This document shows, in pieces, positions 9,375 to 19,536 of a stretch of DNA of 32,000 nucleotides. Source of the DNA: Amoeboradix gromovi X-113 (Eukaryota > Fungi > Sanchytriomycota). The position numbers were made by a program, and so were the translations under genes. Under the pieces are notes generated by a model, which did not search any database, was not told the origin of the DNA, and was given only the letters and a program-made list of their open reading frames with translations. Within the stretch, counting starts at the first letter, position 1, and every line of letters begins with the position of its first letter. The DNA is taken from positions 1-32,000 of the forward strand of contig JADGIF010000032.1 in NCBI GenBank assembly GCA_018985225.1, read 5' to 3'.

Positions 9375-10487
9375 CTGGAGTTGAGTTAGTTTTGAATAAT
9401 AAAATATCACTCCTTGACAAGTTTGGGAAGCAAAAACTAGCAAGCTAGATCCTGTTTCCGAAATTGAACTCATCAATTTAAAAGCACTTAATTGTTGAAA
9501 ATACAAACCCTACGGTTCTTTAATTTATTTTATTCTCTGCACGACTTGGAAACTCACTCATCACAAATATTTTTCGAATTTTTACTTTTGCAAGGTTTCC
9601 ACATTTGCACAAGTGGGCACGTGAGTGATTCATCAAAAGCACATAATTTCTCTATGCGATTGTTTGGAACAGCAGCTAATTTTAAATGCGTACATTAAAA
9701 AAGCTTCTCGGATCACGAAGGATCTGCGAAACCCACTGTAAAAGTGGGATTTAATTTTTTTTGCAGAAGTATCCCATATTTTATTACATGCAAATTAGGA
9801 AAAAGAGTCTGTTATAGGTTATCCTTTGCCAATTGGACAACCATCATTTTTAAATAATCTTTAAATGAGTTGGAAATCTTTCTTGTTGCCTTTATGGCTT
9901 ATTTAGAATTGAATGGCCGCTACGAATGCTAATAGCCTTAAGACCATTTCTGAATGTAGAAAGGTAATTCTATCTCGACTAGTGATCTCTTTAGATTAAC
10001 GCTCTCTTGCTAGTTTGATTTGGAAATTATTAACAGATAAATATATTGGAATCACTCTGACAAAATAACCTCATTCCCAAGTAGAGGACACACTTAGAAA
10101 CCATACTAGGAATCTACCGTCTTCATGTCACCAGATAAAAAAGACTCAAAATGCTGCCTTGTTTGTGAACAAGACGAAATTACCAACATCAAGTCAGAAT
10201 ATGAAAATGGTTATCGGCTGAGATATTGCAACATTTAACTGTCCTAATCAGCAAAGCTGTTCTGAAAGAGTTATTGCCAGTGCATTTTCATATTGAGAAA
10301 AGGCCTAAAGTCATACTATAGGACTGGCACATCTTTGCGGATGATCCTCGGACTTAGAGTTGGGGCATTTTCTGAAATTGGACCCATCTGAGTTATAAAC
10401 TGATGTAAGCACGATAAATAGTTTATTCCATAAAAACCGCTATGCGTTTCTAATCGTGCAATTTCAGAGGTGTTTCTTACATTGACA

Positions 10488-11216
10488 ATGTTCGAATACT
10501 CCTATGCTGAAGTTTGTATCGCAATCGAGTTATACTCGCTGGTTATATCATTTATAACTGTTGCTACTAATCCTGGCTGCATTTCACATTGGCTCTGTTT
10601 GAAGACCTCAGTTTTCGGATTTATTTCTGCAATGTCATACTATCTAATCACGCAAAATGAAAAAAGTCAACTTTATGTTTTAAGTTATTTGTGGACATTA
10701 TTTTTATCCAATTTAACCCATTCCTACATCCCAGTCTTAAGATTGTGGTATCTCTGCGAGAAAAAGGAACAACGAATATTTTTTGCAGTTTTACCTGTTT
10801 GTTTGTTTTTTGGAGCATTTAGCACTGCATACACAGAATATATTTACAAGAGCAAAGAGGAGTTTAGGTTGGAATGTAAGCGGCCCATTTTCCAGTTGCT
10901 CTTCTTTATTTCTCTCGTCATTGTTAGCCTGTTATGTTTGGTTGTTGTTGTGAAAGAGTTTAAAATGGCAGGTTTACCAAGATTATCACAGAGCTTGCGA
11001 GTTTTTGAGAAAATATCCATATTTTCACTGATTCTAGTCATTGCTATTGGGTGCGTTCAATCTATTCTAGTTTTACAAATCCTGGGTCAAAACAATTTTG
11101 CGTTTCTCACTCATATTTTGGCTTTTGTCTGTTCGATATCGCACGGAATGTTTGAACTTAACAGACAGAATAGTCGCCTGAATCGCTCAGTACAGTTCAT
11201 GGAAAATTTTACTTGA
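10488..11216 (+). CDS. Orphan seven-transmembrane (GPCR-like) protein
   Basis: Seven hydrophobic segments counted by eye, an R after TM3 (VLRLWYLC) and a basic TM5-6 loop. First ATG at 10488. Confidence 0.65.
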   Translation: MFEYSYAEVCIAIELYSLVISFITVATNPGCISHWLCLKTSVFGFISAMSYYLITQNEKSQLYVLSYLWTLFLSNLTHSYIPVLRLWYLCEKKEQRIFFAVLPVCLFFGAFSTAYTEYIYKSKEEFRLECKRPIFQLLFFISLVIVSLLCLVVVVKEFKMAGLPRLSQSLRVFEKISIFSLILVIAIGCVQSILVLQILGQNNFAFLTHILAFVCSISHGMFELNRQNSRLNRSVQFMENFT

Positions 11217-11255
11217 TTACAAATAAATCATTTTACTGTACTCTCTAAACAAAGG

Positions 11256-12605
11256 ATGCTCAACATTTTGAAGCACCGCCTCGTAGAACCAAGCGAAAAG
11301 TACTGCGTGGATTGGCTTAAGAAATACAAGGGTGTACCTAAATGCGTATATGAACCTAAAAATACTCAAGAAGTACAGGAAATCGTTAGATATTGTTTTC
11401 TACATAACTATAAAATTGTTCCTCAGGGAGGGAATACTGGCCTTGTAGGCGGTGCAATACCTATTGGGGATGAGGTTGTTATTAATCTTTCCAAAATGAA
11501 CAGAGTCTACGATATCAATAGATTCCAGAATACAGCCCTTGTTGATTCCGGAGTAATTCTTCAGCAGTTGGACATGGAATGTTCTAAGCAGGATCTAATG
11601 GTTCCATTAGATTTGGGTGCTAAGGGAAGCTGCCAAATTGGCGGTAATGTAGCTACCAATGCAGGCGGATTACGATATCTTAGATATGGATGCTTATCAC
11701 AAAATGTCTTATCGTTAGAAGTTGTTTTACCAAATGGTGAGCTACTGCCCATGTCAAGTGGAATGAAAAAAGACAATACAGGCTATCATCTCAAGAATCT
11801 ATTTGTTGGGAGCGAGGGAACTCTGGGGATTATTACCAAAGCGTTGATCCAAGTAGTTCAAAAACCCAAGTCTGTTCAAGTCGCTGTGCTAGCACTGAAA
11901 TCTTATAGTGAAGTAGTCAGTTTATTCCAACACGCTAAGTATGAGCTAAACGAAATTCTGAGCGCTTTTGAATTCTGGGACAAAGGATGTATGTCGCTAA
12001 ATGAAAAATATTTGAACTGTAGACAACCTTTCGACAAGCTATATCCATTCTATGCTCTTATAGAGACACACGGTAGTAATATCAAACATGACTTGGAAAA
12101 GATTAATTCCTTTTTAGAGAAACATATGGATGAAATAATAATCGATGGGGTCATAGCACAATCACATACAGAAGCCCAGGATTTATGGAGATTAAGGGAA
12201 GGAATACCAGAGGCATGCAACGCAAGGGGTAAGGTGTATAAATACGATGTTAGTTTACCCATTGCCAGTCTGTATGGTCTGGTAGAATCGACACAGTCTA
12301 GGCTGAGTTTAAATACGAAACATTCATTTACAGATTGCGTTGGGTATGGGCACATGGGAGATGGCAATCTGCATTTAAATGTTTGTGCAAAGACATTTAA
12401 TGATGATAATAAAACTTTGTTGGAGCCATTTGTTTATGAGTTTACTCAAAAACTTAATGGAAGTATTTCTGCAGAGCATGGTATCGGCCAAATGAAAAGA
12501 AATGCGCTGCATTATTCAAAAAGTAAAGAACATATCGATATGATGAAGTCCTTTAAAGCCTTGATAGATCCCAAACAGATAATGAATCCGAGTAAATTAT
12601 TTTAA
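11256..12605 (+). CDS. D2HGDH: D-2-hydroxyglutarate/D-lactate dehydrogenase (FAD-linked, Dld2/D2HGDH)
   Basis: PQGGNTGLVGG, DLGAKGSCQIGGNVATNAGG, GSEGTLGIIT, GHMGDGNLHLN, GSISAEHGIG. Confidence 0.95.
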   Translation: MLNILKHRLVEPSEKYCVDWLKKYKGVPKCVYEPKNTQEVQEIVRYCFLHNYKIVPQGGNTGLVGGAIPIGDEVVINLSKMNRVYDINRFQNTALVDSGVILQQLDMECSKQDLMVPLDLGAKGSCQIGGNVATNAGGLRYLRYGCLSQNVLSLEVVLPNGELLPMSSGMKKDNTGYHLKNLFVGSEGTLGIITKALIQVVQKPKSVQVAVLALKSYSEVVSLFQHAKYELNEILSAFEFWDKGCMSLNEKYLNCRQPFDKLYPFYALIETHGSNIKHDLEKINSFLEKHMDEIIIDGVIAQSHTEAQDLWRLREGIPEACNARGKVYKYDVSLPIASLYGLVESTQSRLSLNTKHSFTDCVGYGHMGDGNLHLNVCAKTFNDDNKTLLEPFVYEFTQKLNGSISAEHGIGQMKRNALHYSKSKEHIDMMKSFKALIDPKQIMNPSKLF

Positions 12606-12986
12606 TGTTTTACCAAATCTAAAATAGCAATGTCAAAACATGGCAAAGCATCCACACACATGTTAATAGTGGTGGTAATGATAACGACCTTATATCTGAA
12701 TCGAATGATGGTTGTATTGAAGGTAAATTCGTGTCTTACCATTTGATGTGCGTCTAAATTTGTCAAATTATTTGGGTCTGATATTTTAAAAAACTTTGAA
12801 TGTTTTAATTGATGATATTAAAGTCATAGAAAAATAAACAAAATCGAAGATTTACTAAATAATATCTTGTGTTTGTAGAATGTCGTTTTTATTGACTTAA
12901 ACAATCTTACGATCGAGGAATTAGCGATTACACAATTGCACTCTTGTAATCTTATTGGCGGAAACCGTTGTCTAGTTTTTACATAT

Positions 12987-13313
12987 GGGACATCAAATAT
13001 AAAAACTGGACTAACTTTCAGTAACAACTTGGAGCATTACTTCAGCTTTATTACTTTATGGATTTAAGAGGCGAGTGGACATTTAGCTAGTTGCGGAGTT
13101 GACGAGTATAAAAGGAAAAGAGTACCGTCTAAGAAAATGCACCTTTTGCTTAGATGCTCAAAGACCTCATATCTAGTTTTATTTTGAAGAGTGGATTGAA
13201 AGTAATGAGAGAAAATTGGTATAACAGAAGAAGATCTTTTATTAATGATAGCATTTCCTCCGTATGGTGCACCTTTAAAAACGAGTTAGTCTAGTTTTTA
13301 TATTTGGTGTACC
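12987..13313. mobile_element. Non-autonomous TIR element (MITE-like), 327 bp, inverted relative to 5481-5845
   Basis: gggacatcaaatataaaaactggactaact ... agttagtctagtttttatatttggtgtacc, flanked by AT on both sides. About 80 nt of sub-terminal sequence is shared with 5481-5560. Confidence 0.8.
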
Positions 13314-13739
13314 ATATTTACTTGTAACATCCAGTTTATAGCCTCCTGTCATACACAGTTGTAGTCACCTTGACACAAGATAGCATTTTGAAAAGTTTAA
13401 CTTCTTAAGATTAAATGCTTTCTTATCTTGACTTTTTGACAATTTACGACTAATTCAACGTTTGGTATCCCATATGTAAAGTGCGCAGTTAGAAATAATT
13501 TGTGTTAAAGAGGTTATTCCGCCGTTAGATTATTTAAATATGAACACCAGATGAGAGAAAACGTTAACCTCAGAAGATTAAAATGCTCCAATTGTTGTGA
13601 TGACAGCCAGCGAGTACGGCTTAGCAAGTTGTGATAGAGTAGTACCTACTCAATTTGTCTACACTGCAGAAACGTGAACTCCGATTATTGGAGAACTTCG
13701 CATTTAACCTAGGCGTTGCTTACTTGAAAATCACTCGAT

Positions 13740-14404
13740 TTACTGTATTTCAGGTGGTATAGACACTTGGAGCAGTGGTCCCAACAAGATGTAGAGTATC
13801 CTGGGAGCTTTAAAGAGTGCATTGCCTACGTTAAATACAAAATACGCTGTCCAACTGGGCTGTGCAACCTTGGATAAACATGGTTTCCAAACCAGTAACA
13901 ATGTCCAACAATTAGCCCGATTATATCATGCCATGGCACATGGTTTTGCAATACGAAAGATATGGAAATCATTATTATTGGATAATAACTAGCGTAAAAA
14001 GTGAACAACCCAAAGAATGAGAAAAGCAGCGAAGCATTAAGCCTGCTCCAAATATAAATAATCATAAATGAGAGGCTAAAAGACATGAATGGAAAATCTA
14101 TAAAAATGTTTAAAAAAGTTAAACTAACGCAGCCTAAAATCAGCATATACAGCACTTCTATGCTATTAAGAATCTCTTCTAATGACGTCATATATCTAAT
14201 CATGAAGTAGAGATGGAACAAAACATCAATACTTACACTTCCGAAATATAAATAGCTTGTAACAATTCGATATATTTGCAGTTTCTTAAATACATAAGTG
14301 TATTTAAACATGATTGTAATCGGGTTGAATACTTGCATTTGAACTAGTACAAACAGAATTGCTACACCGGCTAAGTAGCCCTTGGTTATTGGAGGCATTG
14401 CCAT
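13740..14404 (-). CDS. Derlin (Der1/Derlin-2-like ERAD protein; ~214 aa; exons 14404-13846, 13825-13740)
   Basis: PPITKGY, QIYRIVTSYLYFG, YIWSRLN, IGLIVGHCYWF..VYP. Exon 2 supplies LFKAPRIL. Confidence 0.92.
13826..13845 (-). other. Spliceosomal intron, 20 nt
   Basis: GTATTTTGTATTTAACGTAG, phase 1. Removal restores the Derlin C-terminal L-K-x-P motif. Confidence 0.85.
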
Positions 14405-14953
14405 TTAAAGTTTAAAGGAGAATCATTAGAAAGAATAAAATTGCAATGTAATCAAAAAATTCTGCAAACATTGAACAACATTGTAACCAAATTAGGTTCA
14501 CAGAATTATCAGGGATACGTTATTTATTGAATACCACGACGTGAATTATTGCATACGCATAGAAAGCTTAGCGTGATTCTGATTTTGATTCTATGTAGCG
14601 CCGGATCAATCTGATTAAATTGAGATAAGCGGCTATTAAATTTTATGATTGCTCAAGTCTCTATGCTGGATGTCAAGTTATCCAGTTACTTGGATTAATC
14701 ATATTCCTCGAGTGTACACAACCTAGGTAAATATAATTTCAGCCTGTTGTTACCTGTAGGAATGGCAACACTTGGATTGTCGTTTCATGGTCTTTAATCA
14801 CACCTCATACATTAAAACCACTACATGATATACAATTAGCATGTAGCTGGTGAAAGTACGACGAGTAACTTTAAATTGACAGAAAATGATAGAGAGAAAC
14901 AGAAAATCAAGACAGGGAAATTAAATAGATCTATTTGTCGGAGAAATGGTGGA

Positions 14954-15445
14954 ACAGCTCGATTGTTTTCTTGAATAAATCTTTTATTGCGAATTTGTAT
15001 GCATTTTTATATAATTTCATAACCTTTCCAATACCTTAAATACTCAATATTCTTCCTTTTTACAAATGGTAAATGGAAATAATGGATGTAATCTCGAATA
15101 TGTCAAATCTAAAGAAATAATTAACAGGCACAGCATACATTCATCAAAATTGAGAAACTGATCCAAAAATGGAACAATTAGATGTCTTTCAATGCCTAGA
15201 ATGAGATGGACAGTAAAAATAAACTTGTAGATCGTTTATTTAATAATTCTTGCTATTGGTCTTACCGAATATGCGACAATAGAGAGTATGTGACAACAAG
15301 GAATATACACAAATATATGTATCCTTATTCAATCCCGCCTCGGGGTAGTAAAAGCGTGAGCAATCACTGTAACCGAGCATCTGGCATTGCTAGTTTCTCT
15401 GTGGAAATTCTCGATTTCTTAGAAATCAGGACTTTTAACGAGGAG
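14954..15445 (+). mobile_element. Degenerate TnpB/Fanzor element, copy B
   Basis: Collinear with 4911-5476 (acagctcgattgttttcttgaataaat ... ccttattcaatcccgcctc ... gaaatcaggacttttaacgaggag). The zinc-ribbon part is largely deleted. Confidence 0.7.
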
Positions 15446-15721
15446 TCTATTTAAGTTGCTCTTTTTTGTAAAATTCATGAACTTACATCAGAAATGACCG
15501 CCACGATTTGAACCTGAAAAGAATTGCAGAACAGCTGATTGTTTGATTTCAGCCCATGAAATAAGTTTAGTTTTAAATTCTAATTATATGTGTATACGCC
15601 TCGGTTAAATTTGTAGACCTGAAAGAATTCAGACATTTTGTTTATCAAGAGTAGATCAATTGAGCCGCGAATTCTTGATGGGGCAAAAAATTTAATAAAT
15701 TTTTTTTCTTGTCTCTTCTCC

Positions 15722-17296
15722 ATGCAACAAGTAAAATCCGTGCCCTTTCAAGACCAAAAACCAGGAACTAGTGGACTACGTAAAAAAACAAGGGTATTCA
15801 TGGAACCAAACTACACAGAACACTTTTTGTCTGGGTGTCTGGACATATTAACGAGCTCTGGAGATTCCTTCCTAATTGGTGGAGATGGCAGATACTACAA
15901 CAAGACTGTAATTCAAACCGCCATCGAAATGGCCAGCGTTTATAAGAAACCTTTGACAATTTACATAGGCCAGAACGGAATTCTGAGTACCCCTGCTGCA
16001 AGCTACATTATTCGTAAAAACAAATTGGCAGGTGGTATTTTATTGACGGCTAGCCATAATCCAGGTGGAATTGATGAAGACTTTGGCATCAAGCTCAACG
16101 GAGAAAATGGTGGGCCTGCTAGCGAACAAGTCACTGATTTATTGTTCAAGTACACCTTGAAAATCGATGGCTACAAAATTCATAAACGAGACCCCATTGA
16201 CCTAGATAAGATTTCAGAATTAAAAATTGAAAATTTGACCATAAAAATAATTGATAGCACATCTGATTATTTAGATTACATGAAGACGATCTTTGATTTT
16301 AATTCCATTAGTAATTTCATCAAATCTCAGAACTTTTCAATCCTGTTTGATGCTATGAATGGCGTAACAGGCCCATATGCGAAGTCTATCTTTAAATCTT
16401 TGGGTTTAGAGGATTGCACTATACGCAATGTACCTCTGCCTGACTTCGGCAAGTCTCATCCAGATCCTAATTTGACATATGCCAAAGAGCTGGTTGACAA
16501 AGTAAAAGCGAACAAGATTCAGTTCGGTGCTGCTAGCGACGGTGATGGTGATAGAAACATGATTATTAGTTTTGACCAATTCGTAAGTCCGGGAGATTCT
16601 GTTGCTGTTATTGCACATCATCATAAATGCATTCCGTATTTTAAAAACGGGCTCAAGGGAGTGGCCAGAAGTATGCCTACTAGTAAAGCACTAGATAATG
16701 TGGCGGAAAAGTTGAATTTACAGTGCTACGAAACGCCAACGGGATGGAAATATTTTGGAAACTTGATGGATGCCGAAAAGCTGAGTATATGTGGCGAAGA
16801 GTCCTTTGGCACAGGAAGCGATCATATAAGAGAAAAGGATGGACTGTGGGCGATCTTAGCATGGCTAAGCATCGTTGCTCATACTGGCTTAAGCGTAAAA
16901 GAAATATTAACTGACTTTTGGAAACAATACGGCAGATACTATTTTACAAGATATGACTATGAGCAAGTAAGTGCTAAGGATGCCAAGTTGATGATGGATC
17001 ATATATTAACTTTAAAAGGAGATGATTTTAAAGTAGATGAATTTACTTACACTGATCCGATTGACAACTCTGTTAGTAGCAATCAAGGTATTAGACTGTT
17101 GTTCAGAGATAAAAGCAGAGTCATATTCAGATTAAGCGGAACTGGCTCAAGTGGTGCGACAGTTAGAATGTATGTGGACAAGTACGATAAGGATTACCTT
17201 TTATCAGATGCTTTGGATGGTTTGATAAACAGAGCATTAGATTTATCCAAGTTGCCAGAATATATTCATAGATCAACGCCAACAGTCATTACTTAA
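15722..17296 (+). CDS. PGM: Phosphoglucomutase
   Basis: QKPGTSGLRKK, catalytic TASHNP, metal loop DGDGDR, CGEESFG, RLSGTG. ATG at 15722. Confidence 0.97.
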   Translation: MQQVKSVPFQDQKPGTSGLRKKTRVFMEPNYTEHFLSGCLDILTSSGDSFLIGGDGRYYNKTVIQTAIEMASVYKKPLTIYIGQNGILSTPAASYIIRKNKLAGGILLTASHNPGGIDEDFGIKLNGENGGPASEQVTDLLFKYTLKIDGYKIHKRDPIDLDKISELKIENLTIKIIDSTSDYLDYMKTIFDFNSISNFIKSQNFSILFDAMNGVTGPYAKSIFKSLGLEDCTIRNVPLPDFGKSHPDPNLTYAKELVDKVKANKIQFGAASDGDGDRNMIISFDQFVSPGDSVAVIAHHHKCIPYFKNGLKGVARSMPTSKALDNVAEKLNLQCYETPTGWKYFGNLMDAEKLSICGEESFGTGSDHIREKDGLWAILAWLSIVAHTGLSVKEILTDFWKQYGRYYFTRYDYEQVSAKDAKLMMDHILTLKGDDFKVDEFTYTDPIDNSVSSNQGIRLLFRDKSRVIFRLSGTGSSGATVRMYVDKYDKDYLLSDALDGLINRALDLSKLPEYIHRSTPTVIT

Positions 17297-17318
17297 TAAA
17301 ACCGATAATTTTTCAAAC

Positions 17319-17525
17319 ATGTCTGCTCTTTTTAATTTTCAGTCGCTCCTAATGGTGCTGATGCTGCTTATATGCACGTGCACGTATATTAACACACAAT
17401 TCAAGTTGTTTAATAGACAAGGGTATTTTGGAGTTTGTTGGAAATTATCGAGAATTGGCGAAAGATTAAGTCCTTTTGTGTCTTTAAGCTTAATCATTAT
17501 GTCATTACATTTACTGATTTACTAG
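17319..17525 (+). CDS. KSH1: Protein kish (TMEM167/Ksh1)
   Basis: MSALFNFQSLL..LLICTCTY..WKLSRIGERLSPFVS. Confidence 0.93.
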   Translation: MSALFNFQSLLMVLMLLICTCTYINTQFKLFNRQGYFGVCWKLSRIGERLSPFVSLSLIIMSLHLLIY

Positions 17526-19148
17526 TTATATATCCTGCTCAAATAAATCCAATTCGTTAATTCGCTTCAGCTCTCTTGTTAATAAATTCATTTTGCGGTT
17601 TGCCATTGATATTTTTGTCCCCACTGCTAAGTCCACCAATTTCAAGTACTCGCTACTCTTTTCTTTAAATATCTCACTTTCTACAAGCTGATTTTGTAGC
17701 TCAATTCGTTTTTGTTTTAAGTCGTCAAAAAGCATATCCTCATTCTCTACAACACTGAATTCTGTTGTAAATACCCGAGTATAGCAATTGCTTTGCTTAT
17801 TATCCAGTATCAGCGTAATATCTGTAATTCGTTGTCTGATATCTGTGATATTTCCAAACTCATCATTCAAGATGGAATCTATCATACGGTGGAATTCAGT
17901 ATATACCTTGTAAAACTCACAGCTCATAATCATAAGCTCTTCTATTATGAATGTTAGTCTATCAGTTATCAAGTACACTGTAGATATGGGCTCATCGTTA
18001 ACTATGAAATTAGGCTCCATAAAACTGCGTAAACTGCTGCACTCGTCAATTATACTCAGTGAAGCATTAAAAAGATTGTTTATTTTAAGACTTGTATACA
18101 GTGCATTGTCGCAATCTACTGAACTGCAAGATACGGAAGAAGTTGCAGAATTACTAACAGGAGAAACTGGCTCAAATATACTGTCATTTTCAGTGGAATT
18201 TAACTGATCCAAATACACCTGAGGATTAGAAGAGTTGAGGTCTGTGTTTATACGCAAAATAGACAAAAAACGATGAAGCATCGGTTGTATTACATCACAA
18301 AAACGAATAACATGAGGGCTGTAGCTACTGCATAAATCGTTTAAAAGCAAAAGAAAATCGTCACCTAGAGGCACAATCAGATGTATAAAAGGATGAACAG
18401 ATGAATGAATATTAGGGTAATTGGAAATCACTTGGCTTTGGGTATCTAAACGTCTATTTAGCAACAGCTTACAAGAATTATTAATGAAGTGCCTTTTGTA
18501 TGAGGAGTAGGCCATTATATGACCACAATCTGTACAAATATACTTGTTGACCTCGTAGTACTTTTTATCAGAATGGTCTTTACAGAGCTCCCTAGGAGTA
18601 TGCATAACCAAGAAGCAATACCTGCAATAAACAATAACGTTGAGATCTGAAAAATGCTTGATTGAGCCAACGTTAGGCAAAACTTGGGAACTTCTGTTGT
18701 TTATCACATTTTGGAACATTTGAGGGTTAAGGTAGTCCCGATTCAATTTGGTACGTTTGGCTGGAGACCTATCCAGGCCTATATTAAGTCTTTTAGTAGG
18801 AGTATGCGGTACCTTTTTTATGTGATTTTCTGGTATCTGTTCAATTCGAGTTGATTTACGTTGCTTGTCTTTGCCTTTTCGTATGCTCAATACCTCCCTA
18901 TAATATGGCTCATCTGTAATGGTGCAACCAGCAGGGTGATTTTTGCAGTATGTTTTCCAGCACGATAGCACTCCACAATGATTGCAAACTACATACTTAT
19001 CTCGAGGGTGAATTTTACATTTGTTTTCAACTGGTGTTTTACAAACACTGCAAACTGGTGTGTAGCTGGGACCATTGAACTGATTTAATTTATAAACGAA
19101 TGATTTCCCTTTAACTTTGAACACTGACAAGTCTAACATATGGGACAT
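17526..19148 (-). CDS. Hypothetical protein with two Cys/His zinc-binding modules and a C-terminal coiled coil
   Basis: Long ORF with two CxxC..CKxH..CxxCG..H..C units and a basic NLS-like SPAKRTK. Start uncertain (19148 or 19139, or the ATG at 19223). Confidence 0.75.
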   Translation of the reverse strand: MSHMLDLSVFKVKGKSFVYKLNQFNGPSYTPVCSVCKTPVENKCKIHPRDKYVVCNHCGVLSCWKTYCKNHPAGCTITDEPYYREVLSIRKGKDKQRKSTRIEQIPENHIKKVPHTPTKRLNIGLDRSPAKRTKLNRDYLNPQMFQNVINNRSSQVLPNVGSIKHFSDLNVIVYCRYCFLVMHTPRELCKDHSDKKYYEVNKYICTDCGHIMAYSSYKRHFINNSCKLLLNRRLDTQSQVISNYPNIHSSVHPFIHLIVPLGDDFLLLLNDLCSSYSPHVIRFCDVIQPMLHRFLSILRINTDLNSSNPQVYLDQLNSTENDSIFEPVSPVSNSATSSVSCSSVDCDNALYTSLKINNLFNASLSIIDECSSLRSFMEPNFIVNDEPISTVYLITDRLTFIIEELMIMSCEFYKVYTEFHRMIDSILNDEFGNITDIRQRITDITLILDNKQSNCYTRVFTTEFSVVENEDMLFDDLKQKRIELQNQLVESEIFKEKSSEYLKLVDLAVGTKISMANRKMNLLTRELKRINELDLFEQDI

Positions 19149-19160
19149 GCTCTGTGAAAA
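19142..19160. mobile_element. Solo terminal-repeat copy of the 115-197 family
   Basis: catat|gggacatgctctgtgaaaa has 18/19 identity to the reverse complement of 179-197. Confidence 0.55.
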
Positions 19161-19536
19161 GAAGGAGTGCCCAAAAAAAAAGTAAGCAATTCTTGTAAAA
19201 CCACTTGTGATAACTAAAATCATCGCTTGCGCCTTCAAACTCAAGAAATGTGGAACTGATATATGAACTTATGCACATGCTTGCATCGGAAAGACATTTA
19301 CTACGAGTATTAAATGCAATCATGGGAAGGACAACATAAGAGATAGCAAATGAACATGACAAAAACGATGTTGAATACCGATAGCAAGCAGAGTAGCATT
19401 CCGGTAGCACCAACAAGAAGCTTGTCTGTTCTTTGGTAGAAACCCTTGGCTTTTGCCTGATTCTGAGTTTCAAATAAGAGTCGAGAAAACAAAAGAGCCG
19501 TTTGCCGTGTAAATCATATATGATAATGTATTGGAT

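Noticed and set aside
9492-10440. Short ORFs and a small hairpin (cccac..gtggg, 9732-9748)
   Set aside because: No recognisable product; probably decayed mobile DNA, but this cannot be supported.
11561-12367. Antisense ORFs in the track here and at 1856, 16406, 17947, 21876, 25133 and 29767
   Set aside because: Shadows of real genes on the opposite strand or in another frame, with no independent motifs.
13500-13735. Possible structured ncRNA (RNase P/MRP or snoRNA)
   Set aside because: Only a weak tacggctta resemblance; the other conserved regions were not found.
14700-14760. Possible RuvC-I remnant (HNLGKYNF) upstream of copy B
   Set aside because: The catalytic Asp is absent and the similarity is too weak to call.
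15388-15430. Helitron 3' end (hairpin plus CTAG on the minus strand)
   Set aside because: Homology between copies A and B continues past the CTAG, and the TnpB-like coding remnant explains the repeat better.
5421-15445. CRISPR-like repeat-spacer array
   Set aside because: The repeats are dispersed over kilobases rather than regularly spaced, and the context is eukaryotic.
19270-19480. Reading frame with TAA/TAG at Gln-like positions, suggesting RIP-like mutation or a foreign code
   Set aside because: Too few sites, and no homologue to polarise the changes.
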